The notes under the pieces are model-generated. The model had not been told where the DNA came from. It did no database searches and saw only the letters and a list, made by a program, of their open reading frames with translations. A stretch of DNA of 64,000 nucleotides, taken from NCBI GenBank assembly GCA_049724395.1, contig JAUGWO010000064.1, forward strand, positions 124,001-188,000, in the 5' to 3' direction. Every line of letters starts with the position of its first letter. Within the stretch, counting starts at the first letter, position 1. The DNA is from Spongospora subterranea f. sp. subterranea (taxonomy: Eukaryota). Shown here one piece after another: positions 1-12,650 of the stretch. Both the position numbers and the translations under genes were made by a program.

Positions 1-932
1 ATGAACAACTATAGGCAACTCGTGATCGTGAACGATGGCAGGAACACAACAACCTTGAGAGAAACAAAAAACGAATACGAACATGATTTTCTGCGCCTTT
101 GTATTCTGGGTTTCGTCAACAATTTACAGCTCCTCACGAGACCGGAAAGCCACTTTCTTGAGCAATATTCATGTGCCCTCAGTTTGTTGCTGTTATTCGA
201 TTGTCAACATCGCGATAGGTGCTGTCTGTAATCCAACGACCCTGGGCTCGTTATGAAGTGCGTGTACCCAGCTGGATCGCCGCGTCGAGGGCCAAGATCA
301 ATGGGGATCAACGAAAGATTCCGATAACGCAACAACAGAATGTGGACACCGGCAAATGTGTGAAATCAATTATCGATAACCCCAGGGTTCTCGGGTGATC
401 TGCAATCATTGTGTCTACGGCGACGTCTGGTCGGTCCATTGAAATACAGAGCTTCCCTGTGAATTTTCGGTTATTTGATGAAGTCGGTGAGTTTCATTGA
501 CATCATAATGTTTCTTGTGACGGTTATTTCAAAGATGAATAAAGGGACTCGTATATTGAATGTAAAGCCTGTATTTTTTAATATTGTCTGTCGTTTATCG
601 TTGTTGAACACCGTCATCTAGTCGAAACTGTTGCCAACGGGGTGTGCGAAAACCAAATGAACGTGGGGTCAAATCTGAGAAATAAATCCGGTGGACAAAT
701 TTGGCTAGTCAGAGGTCAGATCAGATAACTCAAATTGGTGGAAGATGTGCCCATCCAGTAATGGGGTCCGTCTGATCAAGTTGCAATAATTCCAGCTGAG
801 ACCTGACCTATATGACGACGCGCTAATATACACCAAAATCATCCCTATTTGATCCGTGACGGACTCCGTAGACCACGTGTTTTTGTTACCGCCTCAACCC
901 AGATTCGCCATCCGCCCCTCTGCCTCGTGACG

Positions 933-1475
933 ATGACGAAATACAGCTGGACGGCTCCCGTCGCCGAGAAGTCAACTCGCGCCTCAGGCGCCTACCTCCG
1001 TGTTCATTTCAAGAACACCCATGAGGCCGCCCGCGCCCTCAAAAACATGACTTTACCGGCCGCTCAACAGTACATGAACGCCGTTATTGAGCACAAGGAC
1101 GTCGTCCCGTTCCGCCACTTCAACGGCGGTGTCGGCCGCCACGCCCAGAGCAAAAAATACGGCGTCGCCCAGTCCCGTTGGCCCGAGAAATCGTGCCGAT
1201 TCCTGCTGGGATTGCTGGCCAACGCGTCCAGCAACGCCGAGGCGCAAGGACTCGACCCCAAGACCATGATCATCTCCCATATCCAGGTCAACCAGGCGCC
1301 CATGCAGCGCCGGCGCACGTACCGGGCCCACGGTCGTATCAACCCGTTCATGGCCTGCCCCAGCCACATCGAGATGGTCTGCACCCAGAAGAATTCCCAG
1401 GTTAAGAAGGCGGACGGCTGCCAGCCCAAGCAGCCCCGTAAGCGCGTCCTCAAACAAGCCCAGACCGGATTTTAA
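933..1475 (+). CDS. RPL17: 60S ribosomal protein L17 (uL22), intronless
   Basis: Motifs LRVHFKNTHE, VPFRHFNGGVGRHAQ, RWPEKS and RRRTYRAHGRINPFM; ATG at 933; AATAAA just after the stop. Confidence 0.97.
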   Translation: MTKYSWTAPVAEKSTRASGAYLRVHFKNTHEAARALKNMTLPAAQQYMNAVIEHKDVVPFRHFNGGVGRHAQSKKYGVAQSRWPEKSCRFLLGLLANASSNAEAQGLDPKTMIISHIQVNQAPMQRRRTYRAHGRINPFMACPSHIEMVCTQKNSQVKKADGCQPKQPRKRVLKQAQTGF

Positions 1476-1616
1476 TCAGCGATCGTCAATAAAAACCTGT
1501 TAAATTTTGCATTTTCCCACATGGTTTTTTATCGCCATCTGTGTGACCGGTTTTATGTTATCAATTGGAGCGACCCTTCAGTGAGATATTGACGGTTGTC
1601 AGAAGGCGATCGGGTT

Positions 1617-3839
1617 ATGGCGCGATGGTCGATCCTGTATTATTACCTGTATGGCTGGCGAAGGTTTCGCTCGATCCTGCTCCAGGGCCTGCTGGTCAAC
1701 TATCTCCTGCCCAGCGTCGCCGAGTTCCTGCCCTGGTACTTGTCGCGGCGAAAACTCGGGCAACGTCTGCGCCGACAGCGCACCGCCATTGAACACTCCC
1801 TGATCGCCGAGGGAATCTATTCCAAAGCCGCGTTGTTCTCGTATTTTGTCGACGCGATCATATTCGGAATCATGTGCGCCATCGACACCTATATGCGCGT
1901 TCACATATCGGATCAGGCGCGAGCGCTGATCGAACGGCAAATGATCGAACGGATCATGTCCAGCGATGTTCAGGCGATCTCGACCATCTACAAACGCGTT
2001 TACGGGATCGAGATCTACACGAAATCGCATCTGATCCATAAACACCTCAAAGACGATCTGGAGTCGTTGTCGCGAACGGCGAACATCACTCTACCGAGCA
2101 TTATCCGTTCGTTGATCACGTTCAGCAGATCGGCGTGGGATCTGTACGATCGGCGACATCAGATCGATCCTCTGGCGGTGATTCGCCCAACGATCATCGC
2201 CCTCAGTATCGACATCTACTCGCGATTACAACAGCGCCTGTTCCCCGTTCCCGTCGCCGATTCGCAATCGCACGACGTCCTGATCGCCGATCTCCTCGAC
2301 CGGTTGCCCGAGATCCAGTCCGCCAATCTCCAGGCTCATCAGCTCGCGCAACTCGACAACATGATCGCCAGCCGTTACCCAATCAAGGACGCCGCTGCTC
2401 AAATCGTCGATTACCTGTCCAAGGCGATCGGTGGCCATTCTGTGATTGAGTTCACGACAGAGGTCGGTTGAACATGTCGCGTTTCGCGTGAATCCGTTGA
2501 CGGTGACGACGACAGGTTATCATGGCCAAACGTGTCATGGTTCGGGCAAAGATCGACCACGAAACCTATCGGAAAGTGCAGAACGACGTCGATTACTGTC
2601 TGCGACTTTTGTATAAGATGGTGCTGCTTGTTCGAGAAGCTCGCGACGGTTTAGCGCAATCGTCGGGATTAATCGCCCTTTTGGCCCTGAAACCATTCAA
2701 ATCTCAGCGGTCACCGTCGTCCAAGGTGAAGCTTTGCCACAATGGTTTTGGTTTTTTTATATTTACTGGTGCCGTTGTTTGTCCCTCAGAAGCGCCCTCC
2801 GTTAGAGTTCAATCGACTCGATATTCGCGACGTTCGGTATCAATACAGCTCAACCGGGTGTCGAGCACTGCAGATATCCACTCCCGTCTCCTTCATCAAG
2901 GGCAAATTCTACTGTCTGGTTGGACCGGTAAATCGTCGTTCTTGAACGTGGTTGGTTTCCGACCCCGTTTCTTACTATGTCTGCGATCACAACCAGAACG
3001 GCGCTGGGAAATCCACTCTGATCCAAGTTCTCATGAAACTCCTGCCACCTGGGCCCGGTTCTCGCGTTTCCGTCGATGGGGTCCCGCTCTCGTCGATCGA
3101 CAAAACCCATTATCGCCATCACATCGCGTACGTCTCGCAGCGGCCGTATCTGTTCCCGGGCACGATCGCCGATAATATTCGTGTGGGCCATCCGGACGCC
3201 ACACTCGAACAAGGTTTTCCAAAAATCGTCCGTCGGTCAACTCCCTTCTTCGAACTCATTTTCCCACCAACAGTTGAAGCCGCCGCCCAAGCCGCTGGCG
3301 TATTCTTATCGGATCTCCCATATATATCTCAGGACGCGTCTTCCGATCAGGTGTCTGATCCCTTGCCCGTTCTCGCCGATTTAGTAGCTCTGGCGACGTC
3401 GTTTACCGAAGCGCCTAGTTCCGCCTCGGAATCGAGCGCGTCGAACCCATTTCTGTTTCGGTCGATATATTCGCTGCCGTTATCTGGAGGAACTTCGCAA
3501 TCGATCGCCCTTTCTCGCGTGTTCCTGAGCGAAAACCACGTCCGGTTGCTGATCTTGGACGAGGGTCTAGCCATGATGGACTCGGCCAAGAAACACACGT
3601 TCATCTTGCCCCGATTGCTCGCGTTCGTCCAACAACACAACATGACGTTGATCATGGTCTCCCACGACCCATCCGTGTTCAACCAGGCCGACCATATCGT
3701 GATCATGGAATCCGGCCGGGTGATTGAGCAAGGAGCCCCTAATGATTTATACGCCAGGAGGAGTCCGGCGTATCTTCGTCTATCTGGCGTCAATGCATGG
3801 GCTGCACAGAATTTCAAACCGGTCGTTGAATCGTTATAG
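1617..3839 (+). CDS. ABC transporter-like protein (N-terminal membrane region plus C-terminal NBD), 5 exons
   Basis: Removing GT-AG introns 2463-2515, 2726-2789, 2928-2996 and 3214-3273 joins the ORFs and restores Walker A GPNGAGKST. Also Q-loop YVSQRP, signature LSGGTSQ, Walker B LLILDE and H-loop VSHD. Start codon uncertain. Confidence 0.85.
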
Positions 3840-3861
3840 AAGTCGTTGAATCGTTATAGAA
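3822..3861 (+). repeat. 20-bp tandem duplication spanning the ABC gene stop codon
   Basis: GTCGTTGAATCGTTATAGAA occurs twice in tandem. Confidence 0.9.
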
Positions 3862-3915
3862 TACGGATAAATTAAACAAACACGATAATCTATGTGCAGC
3901 ATTGCGGTTTGTGGT

Positions 3916-6279
3916 TTATTCCAATCTTCGGACCTCACAATTATCGCCAAGCTGTCGCTGCTGGATACGGATTGCACTTTGATCGGCGAGATGGTTGAGA
4001 ATGGGCCAAAGTCCGCTCGACTGTAGTTGCTCGGCGTCTTCAGGAAGCGATTCGTTGTACTTCCTCAGCAGCATGTGGGCACGGATGGTGGGTGTTGGCA
4101 TCTCTTTCAGGATCGTCGCCATGACGGCGGCTTGTGTGGCGACCTCGATTCTCTTGCTGGTCGACATTCCGGTCATGAACGTGTCCATATCGACCAATCC
4201 CGTCTTGGGATCGGTGGCGGATTGACCGGTCGATACATCCATCAGCCGAAGCGCTTCTTTGACATGTTCACTTTCTACCGTGTGAGACAGCTTCATCTTG
4301 GCCAGCGCTTCCGACAGGCGGATTAGCGAATCCAGTTGACGAGGCGTTGCCGTGATGATGGAACGGTTGGCGGTCTGACCCAGAGATCGCATTCGTACGT
4401 AGCCTTGAATGAGGTCGTGGGCTGCATCGTCTGAGAGAGTCGGTGTGACATGCTCACGAGCGTAGGAGATGTAGGAAGTGACCAGATCGATAGGGATCGT
4501 TTCAATACGAGCCTCTTCGGAGCGCTCATCTTCGCTATAGTACATGCTGATCAAATGCTGAGCGAGCCGCCTGTCTGGGGCATCCGAAACGGCATCAAGA
4601 ATCAGATAAACCAGGTCGAATCTCGACAGTAACGTTGGAGGAAGTTGGATGTTTTCGACAACAGATAAGTTCGGGTCGTACCGTGAATGTAGAGGATTCG
4701 CAGCCGCCAGAACTGCAGTACGGGCGTTCAGTGTCGCGATGATTCCAGCTTTGGCAACCGACACAGTCTGCTGCTCCATGACTTCATGTAGAATCGACCT
4801 GGTTGTTGGCGACATCTTGTCGAACTCGTCGATACAGCAGATTCCTTGATCGGAGAGGACTAGAGCACCGCTCTCCATGACGAACTCTCTCGTGATGGGA
4901 TCCCGTGTGACATAGGCCGTCAAACCGACCGCCGACGACCCTTTACCGCTTGTGAAAATCCCCCGAGGGGCAATCGAGTGAACGTATTGCAGAAGCTGTG
5001 ATTTAGCTGTACCAGGATCTCCACAGAGCAGAACATTGATTTCGCCACGGAAGCGCCCGGTGCCGGATTGCGAAAATTCCTTGTTGGCACCGCCGAAGAG
5101 TTGGCAAAGCAGTCCCCGCTTAACATCTTCGTGACCCCATATTGAAGGTGCAATAGAAGCGGTGAGCAGGTCGTAAATGTCATGGCGCATTCCAAGCTCT
5201 TGCAGCTGTTGATGTCTGGCAGCGATAACGGCCTCGACCTCGGCGCCGTCGTCCTGATCCAAACGAGCATCCGATTCTAACGCCAGTCGTCGCACATCGG
5301 TTGCTTTGAAATGAATACCGTCGATATAGGTCTTATAGACCGAAGAAACCGTGCGCTTTTTCGAGCTCGAACGAACGGGAACAGCTCTGAAAATGCCAGT
5401 TATTGTGACCCGGTCACCTGGGCGAACTAGATCGACTAGGTCATTGAAGGCGTAGACGTCAACAGTTTGGGGCGCTTCTCCTTCCGGGATACTCTCTGGG
5501 GCTTCCTGGACGCGCAGCAACTGTTTGTCGCTGAACTCGCAGCGATTGTGTTGAATCTGCAGGGAGTCGCGAGTCTGGCACGATGCGCAGCGAACGGGTT
5601 GAGCGATTGCGCCGCGATCAACGGCAACGACGGTATCGGCTTGGCAAACATGGCAGCGGAACATGCCACTGGCCATATCTGGCAGAATCGGGCCGACTCG
5701 GATCACCATCCCGCGAATCGCCACAATTTTGTCGAGATCGATTGGGTCAAGGCAGCGTAAAGCCTGCTGCTGTAAAAGGTTGTATGGTCGGACCTGTACA
5801 GGCTGAGGTGGAAGATCGGCCCTCATTTCTTCTAACATGTCGTTGATGACCAAATCAAACGCGGGAACCATTTCTTGTGGGTAGGTCACTAGTTGTTGGT
5901 AAAGCGTCGTTGACCATGAATGTAAATCCCGGCAATCGAGTCCTATCGCTGTTGCCGAAGCGGTCTTCATCTCTGAAATAAGCGCTGGGTATTTTGGTGC
6001 GCCAGTACGTTCATCGATAAACTGCAGAACAAAATCTCGAAACTGGGCCATGGCTAGGCCAACATCAACGGTGGTACCCCATACGACAGATTGTTCATGT
6101 AGGGAAGACGACATTAGCGGGCGGGAAACGGCGTGAGAACGCCCATTCAACTCTCCACGACGAGACCCTGTGGAGCCCAGCGGCGTCCGAGGTATCATGG
6201 CCGACGAGGCCGACATAGGAGACGACAGACCTCCACCATACCTTAACGGAGAGCTGGACATCCCTGGCGATTGCGCCAT
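3916..6279 (-). CDS. MCM4: DNA replication licensing factor MCM4, intronless
   Basis: 787-aa ORF with C4 Zn finger (CHVC...CASC), Walker A GDPGTAKSQ, GKGSSAVGLTAYV, Walker B CCIDEFDKM and arginine finger LLSRFDL. The S/P-rich N-terminus, VWGT and HNRCEFSDKQ fit MCM4. Confidence 0.93.
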   Translation of the reverse strand: MAQSPGMSSSPLRYGGGLSSPMSASSAMIPRTPLGSTGSRRGELNGRSHAVSRPLMSSSLHEQSVVWGTTVDVGLAMAQFRDFVLQFIDERTGAPKYPALISEMKTASATAIGLDCRDLHSWSTTLYQQLVTYPQEMVPAFDLVINDMLEEMRADLPPQPVQVRPYNLLQQQALRCLDPIDLDKIVAIRGMVIRVGPILPDMASGMFRCHVCQADTVVAVDRGAIAQPVRCASCQTRDSLQIQHNRCEFSDKQLLRVQEAPESIPEGEAPQTVDVYAFNDLVDLVRPGDRVTITGIFRAVPVRSSSKKRTVSSVYKTYIDGIHFKATDVRRLALESDARLDQDDGAEVEAVIAARHQQLQELGMRHDIYDLLTASIAPSIWGHEDVKRGLLCQLFGGANKEFSQSGTGRFRGEINVLLCGDPGTAKSQLLQYVHSIAPRGIFTSGKGSSAVGLTAYVTRDPITREFVMESGALVLSDQGICCIDEFDKMSPTTRSILHEVMEQQTVSVAKAGIIATLNARTAVLAAANPLHSRYDPNLSVVENIQLPPTLLSRFDLVYLILDAVSDAPDRRLAQHLISMYYSEDERSEEARIETIPIDLVTSYISYAREHVTPTLSDDAAHDLIQGYVRMRSLGQTANRSIITATPRQLDSLIRLSEALAKMKLSHTVESEHVKEALRLMDVSTGQSATDPKTGLVDMDTFMTGMSTSKRIEVATQAAVMATILKEMPTPTIRAHMLLRKYNESLPEDAEQLQSSGLWPILNHLADQSAIRIQQRQLGDNCEVRRLE

Positions 6280-7396
6280 GATGGTAATTCGTGTTAGGGG
6301 GCGCCGCGGTTTGCACCAACACTATCTGAGATCAATGGGCATTGGCGCAATTCAAAATCTCCTGACACTGAGTGAACATAACCCAACTGGCAAAACAGGA
6401 ATTGAGTGTATATTTGGTGACAGCGCAAAGTTCAGGGTCACTGTACACAAAACAACAGCGGACATTTTATGCGCTCTGAAGACGAAAATGCCCATCATAA
6501 ATTCTGACGATTTTCGACTTTTTGGAAGGCCCTGTACTTTCGGCTTTTGATAAGAAAATACGAATTTACCCTTGATGGGTTTGAATGAAGAGGTCTAAGA
6601 AATCAACCTGAGTAGATGAAAAGATAATGTTGGTTTTTTCGATAAAATTATTCGTCAAGAGTTGGAGCTGATTCAATTCAGCAGCGTTTCCTTGAAAGGC
6701 CATAAACACATTCTCGATATATCTTTTGCAATAGAGGTCTCTAGATTATCTGACAATATGTGTTTATCAAATGCAAGGTTTTGCTATGAGGCAAGCGCTG
6801 CCAGTCAATATGCTACAGAAGCCAATAAATTGGTAATAATCAAGGTCGAATGAATGCGACATTGCACCATAGAATGGCATGTGCGGAGAACAAATCAATC
6901 TGATTGAACAGTGGAGTTATAATCTAAAAGAGCATCTGCAAGCGGAGTCGTAATGGGGAGATGACTGTGGATGTGTTTGTCGGTCGCCCCCGATATTTCT
7001 TCCGGCGAAGCTGAATCATTGAATCATTATAAAGCAATCATATAACCATTGTTGTTTCAAACGGAAAAAACCCTAGTTTCGCAATTGACCGCGCCTTCCT
7101 GACGCGCGAACTTCAATCAGACAAGAATCTTGGTCTACCCTATGGTAATGTCACATTGATCCGATAATAATCGATTTATTGGCTTTCAACACCCTGCCCT
7201 TGTTCCGTGAGATTTTGCTTATTTGAAAACTGCTCAATGCGACCTCGACTGAAAAACTGCCACGAATTGGATTTCACGTTTTGATGGTAACGAATGCCGA
7301 TAGCGATTGATAAGAGTAAATAAAGTCCGTAGAGTGGAGGGCTGCCCCATCGGGTCATCCTTGAAGTTGTTCATTCTATCATCGACCGTACAATTC

Positions 7397-8620
7397 ATGC
7401 AAACTGTCAGCGGTCCTCCTCCTGGTAAGGTCCCATTGTCAAGGATCTGATACGAGCAGGCGTCTGAGCCCCTTTGCAGGCATGTCGCTGACCGATGCCC
7501 AGCGCCGATATGTTGACGACTTCATGGATGAAGTCCAGCGGATCGTGAACGCTGATTTCTCCAAGAAGTCGTCGGGTAGTTCTAGTGTGGGTATACAGAC
7601 AGAAACTACTTCAGATTATAACCAACCAGCGGTTCTTTCCGCAATGTCCTCTGCACTCTCATCACGCTTTTCCCTAATTACAGTTCCAGCTTTATCCCAG
7701 CGTATTCTTTGTCGCTTGTACGTTGATTTTACTTTGAAATAGAGTTCACATTTTCATTCGATACAATAGGGAGTTTGATGTTTTAACGGCGCCGCCTTTG
7801 CCAACATCTCCGGAAGCTCAACATTACTTGTGCGAACGCCTGAGATTATTGGCTGCTAAAAGTGACGACCTTATGAAACAAGAGGATCCTTCGCAGTGCA
7901 CTCGATCATGGTCGCCAGCGTCTCGATCATATATTTATTCTAAGGCGGGGTCTACTGCTTCATGGATTGACTTAACGTCAATTCTGATTAGTTCTTCAAG
8001 CGAGACTGATATGTCCCAATGGCTTGATACGTCGTCATTATTGAGGCCGCCTTTTCGCACAGCTCAGAACTTACTGGTTTGCAACTTCTCCTCCGTTGCG
8101 GCTGTTCAGCGAACTTGTTCCAATTTGGAACTAGCTTCTCCGCTTCGCCAGGATATTCTTCCCCAGCTCTGGGCGTGCTCCCCTTTATTTCCCGGTTGGT
8201 TTGTCCGATATGTTGATAGCACCGATCCGATTCAGTGTCAGTACAAACATTCTTTACCGTTCATTCCATCTGCTTATCTTTGGTGGGCAGGTTCATTTGT
8301 ATCCCTGAACCCTTCAGTTTCCCGAAATAAAGGCGCAGTCGCCATCAACAAAAAACGACAGTTTCAAGAGATGACCTCTCGATGGCGTCAAGCGCGGTCC
8401 GAGCTCTCAAATGAGTGACCAGTCGTGGTTAAGTTAAGTGGTCCTTATTCACTGCACGGATCCACCCAGTCTTCCCCGCAATGACCATCACAGACTGCAG
8501 TTGAGTTGGCTCTGGAATGTTTTTTTAGGCTTGACCACCTTGAGTTCGCCTCTGCCCCAGATAAAAAAACGTCTAGAAAGGTGCACCTACATGAGTGGCA
8601 ACCAGTGGCCTAGACCATAA
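7397..8620 (+). CDS. hypothetical multi-exon protein
   Basis: ATG 7397, GTAAGG...TTTGCAG intron into ORF 7482, then collinear ORFs 7798-8418 and 8438-8620. No recognisable domain; boundaries approximate. Confidence 0.45.
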
Positions 8621-8711
8621 ATTTGCCTGGCGTCGAATTTCCTGAGATGGCGGACACGTCAGTCTCGGCTCCAAGACAGAGGTCGCCGAAACATGGTTCT
8701 AGCAGGAATCG

Positions 8712-10783
8712 ATGGATGTGCAGATTGCATTGTCACGACTTGTGAAGTCGCACGCCCCTGCAGCGATGGACGTCTCGTCAAGCGACAGCCATAGCCGTGG
8801 CGACAACAAGGAATCACGTGCCCAGCGCATAAATGATGGGCAACCCGCTCATATTGATTTGCAAATTGACGATCCCGTCTCAGACCAATTGGCGGATCAT
8901 GATAGTAATGAGAAGGCGAACCAGAATGGTGATTCAGAATGCCAACAGCCTCACCTCATCCAAGATCCGTTAGGATTATGCTCTCCTCCGAGCCCTTCCC
9001 CATTTCCCGATGGATTTTGCGAAGCGATGGGCGTGAAATCGCGTGCTCGGAAATCGAGAGTGGCTTTAATCCCATTCTATATCATCGTTCCTGAGAGTCG
9101 ACTGCATCGAGCATGGTTATTTATATTATTGGTTTTGTTAGCCTATACTGTCTTTGTGATGCCATGGCGCATCGCGTTCGCTGATGCCGATGCAGTTTTC
9201 ATCGCCGATATTGTCGTCGATGTGTTCTTTGGTCTTGACGTCGTAATTTCATTTTTCACTGCTTATGAGAACAATCGCGGTCGTCTGGAGACGGATCAAT
9301 ATCGTATCACGTCGCATTATTTGTCGACGTATTTTATCATTGACATTGTGTCCATATTCCCTTTCTTTTTATTTGTTCGCGCGGATGATGGTCTTGTAAT
9401 GTCAGTTCTTCGCGTTCCCCGTCTTATCAAGTTACTTAAACTGGTCCGCATTGTGAAGTTGCTTCGAAACTATCGCTTGAGGTCACTACTGATTTCTGTC
9501 GAATATAGCCCATATGTGCATCAAAAGCTATTGCGTATTGTCGAATTAGCTGCTGTTGTTTTAGCGTTCGCCCACTTCTCTGCGTGTATTTGGTACTACC
9601 TAGGCGCTGTTTATCGGGAGCAGAATATTGGGCCAGGCATCTCATGGATCGAAAGGGTGGGTGGAACATCTGTCTTCCAAGAATCCGACTGGTACAAATA
9701 CACGTTGGCGCTGTATTGGTCGCTGTCGACACTGACTACGGTGGGGTACGGCGACATCAGCGCTCAGACCCCAGCTGAGCTGGTATTTGCAATGCTTTCC
9801 ATGATCATGGGCTCGACCGTATTCGCGTATACAACAGCGACCGTGGCTTCTATGATTAGAGAACGTGATCAACGTGCTCAACATCTACGCGACAAGATGA
9901 GCAGACTTAGAACGTTCGCATCTGCTCACAATCTATCAAACAGATTGCGCTCTTCATTAACCAAGCGCATGAACACTATCTGGACGGCTCATTCCGCTAA
10001 CGAGGGTCGTCATATGGCGGAATTGATGAACGAATTTCCGTCTGATCTGGCAATTCGAGTCACTGCCGAAGTCCATCGCGATCTGATTGAGCGTAGTTCG
10101 TTTACTTCGACGTATTCAGATCGACCCAACTTCATATTGAGCCTATTTCGTCAACTTCTGCCGTTGAAGTTAGTTCAAGGCGAGATGCTGGCACATCAAG
10201 GTGATCATGTTCATAACTGGTATATTGTGGAATCTGGCGAGGTTCGAGCTGTTCATCCTGTCTACCCAACTGTTGTTGTGTACCAGAGCTACACCTTCGG
10301 GCAGACGTTAGGCGATATAGGCTTGTTCCAGAGATCGATTGGTGGTCCAGACATGTGTGGCTCTCATCAATTCGTTGTACGTCTACTTGTCGATTATGGC
10401 TTATAGATGGAGATACCTTCATGAAAATGGTGTCCCATTTCGGATTCGAAGAAAGGTTTAGGATTGCGTCCCAAGAAAAGGCAGAAGAAATGTCAAGGGC
10501 AATATCACAGGCTGACCGGAAGATCTCAATGCTTGAAAATCGAATATCGTCTCCGACTGAGCTAGCGATGACAGTCCCTGCCGCTATGGATGCCATTGAA
10601 TCAAAGCGGAGGCTGTCGTCGGTGGATTTTTCAGTTCTCACTCGTACGCCGTCGCATTTTCGCGATGATGCGACCAGCAAGTTTCAGGAACAAGCCAGGG
10701 AATTAGCAGAAGCCATACGTCAAGTAAAGGTTCAGTTCCAGGCGTTGGAACTGGCAATGGCGTCATTCTCCAAGGCTGGCTAA
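8712..10783 (+). CDS. voltage-gated / cyclic-nucleotide-binding-domain K+ channel (CNBD family)
   Basis: Six hydrophobic segments, basic S4 (LRVPRLIKLLKLVRIVKLLR), pore TLTTVGYGD, C-linker and CNBD (GEMLAHQGD...YIVESGEV...GQTLGDIGL). The CNBD continues in another frame after ~10355 (apparent 2-nt insertion). Confidence 0.92.
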
Positions 10784-11851
10784 AATCACGATTTTTTCAG
10801 ATGCCAGTATCACTCCAATTTATTCTTAATTTTTCTCCACATGGAGGCTACACATTTAGAGCGTTAGTTAGCATTTTTGGCTGTATAATATACTTTGCAA
10901 AGCACAATTACGATTGAGTTAGGTGTTCTAAATTTGCAATGTGGATCAGCTAAAATTTGTAGAAAACTTGATTCCTGAGGTTGTACACAAAAAGCTCAGA
11001 AAGCAGTAGCAGGTTTTTTCAAGTGACTGGTTTCGCAGAACGTGGAATTTCCTGCTCAAAGCTGAAGTTCCAAGTCTGCTTGTTGTATTCATGTTCGGAT
11101 TGATCTCCCTTGGCAATTTGTGTTTTCAATAACTACACCAGACGTTGTTGATTGGCAACCGTGCATGTGTGATTTAACAGCTGGCAAACTCGCAGATGAT
11201 TCATCGATCGACGTCGGCCATGCCATGCCTCGAATGGAGTCTTCCCTATCTTTCGGTGAGATCCTTCGATTTTGTATGGATCGCGGCTCCCTAGAATTGC
11301 TTCTCCAATCCTGCATGTATTCGAATGCATTTTGCCATCTTTAACGTTGTGAGGTTTACTCGTTCAGCAATACTGGAACGTCTGACTTGTCTCTCGCAAT
11401 ATCAAGCCAGACCAAAGAATCAACTGTAGTCATCGATGACGATCACAACATACCGAGCACCAAATAAAAATGCTGGCTCAGGGAGTAAACCCATCAGACC
11501 TGAATATATTAACTAAAGTGGCTTTATCGATAAACCTAGACGGCCATAGCACAAGCAGCCAAAGTGTGCGTCCTCCCTGGATCATCAAATCGTTTCAAAT
11601 TGCCAATTCCGATTACCAAGGTTTGATAAAAAAAGGCAGGGAGGACATACAACTTGACTGCTTTGGGGAAAACACTGTTCGATTTGAGTATCAAAATGGT
11701 CGACGAATACTAGTAGAACAGTTTTTTTTTACAGTCGGTCTTGTCGTTAATGGCAACGCGATTGCGCCAGACCAGTGACATGTGTCGATGTCCGCTTCGC
11801 TGCGGATGCAGAGATATGGGCAATGCGATGGTTGAACTGCTTATAACCTCT

Positions 11852-12002
11852 CGTCAATGCGTTACAGTCTAGGGACTTTTCGACTTTCCGTCACGTCAAT
11901 GCGTTACAGTGCGTGCCGTGCCTACAGTCTACAGTATGGGGACCTTGCCGTCACGTTGATGCGTTACAATGCATGCCGGTACAGTCTAGGGCCTTTCCGT
12001 CA
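11852..12002. repeat. degenerate tandem repeat, 3 units of ~42-60 bp
   Basis: Core CGT(C/T)(A/G)ATGCGTTACA starts at 11852, 11894 and 11954; each unit ends in CCGTCA. Confidence 0.8.
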
Positions 12003-12010
12003 CTGGCACT

Positions 12011-12236
12011 GATACCGAGCGGCCAATGGCAGTATCGTTGTTGTTGATTCTTAGAATCATTCATGTATATAGATGTTCGATTCCGAGCCATTATATCGGC
12101 CATTACAAGTGCTTGGCGTTCATTGTTTCATATATCATCACATCTCTGATGATCGATCGAACATCTATATAGTGAACTTATGAATATTTCTGAAAAGAAT
12201 CAACAACATCGATACTAACAATGACCGCTCGATATC
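12011..12236. repeat. imperfect inverted repeat (fold-back / MITE-like)
   Basis: Arms 12011-12080 and 12157-12236 are reverse-complementary (e.g. TGTTGTTGATTCTT, TATATAGATGTTCGA), with indels. Confidence 0.85.
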
Positions 12237-12372
12237 CAATTGAATTAAGAAGCGTGATCTGTCAAGATGTGTTGCCTTGACCGTCGGCATGTGGGTTTGC
12301 TGGAATTGCATTAGGGACCGTCGTCAGCGAAGAAACGATGCCTAAGCCGACCGGTTGTTTACTATCTTCTTC

Positions 12373-12650
12373 ATCAACACAGAGAGCTACGCGAAACGGA
12401 CCAGTTAGGATATGTATCTTAAGGCATTCTGATTGCCCATCAATAGGAATGCGCGCTACACAGATAAAACAGATGAGCAACATTGACCAACATCCATACA
12501 CTGTTGGCAGCAGGACATTCAGAAGCAAATCGAGGATTAGGAGGCAACAGTTGTTCCAAGCGTAATTCCTATGGATGCGCAATCAGGATAAATTCTTTTG
12601 TGAAGATACCTATCTTAACTCGTCCCTTTCGCGCAGCTCTCTGTGTTGAT
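12373..12650. repeat. imperfect inverted repeat (fold-back / MITE-like)
   Basis: Arms 12373-12450 and 12565-12650. Opposite-strand translations read KIHILTGPFRVALCVD and KIPILTRPFRAALCVD. Confidence 0.88.

Noticed and set aside
1..850. Coding sequence at the window start
   Set aside because: Short ORFs with stops in all frames and no recognisable motif.
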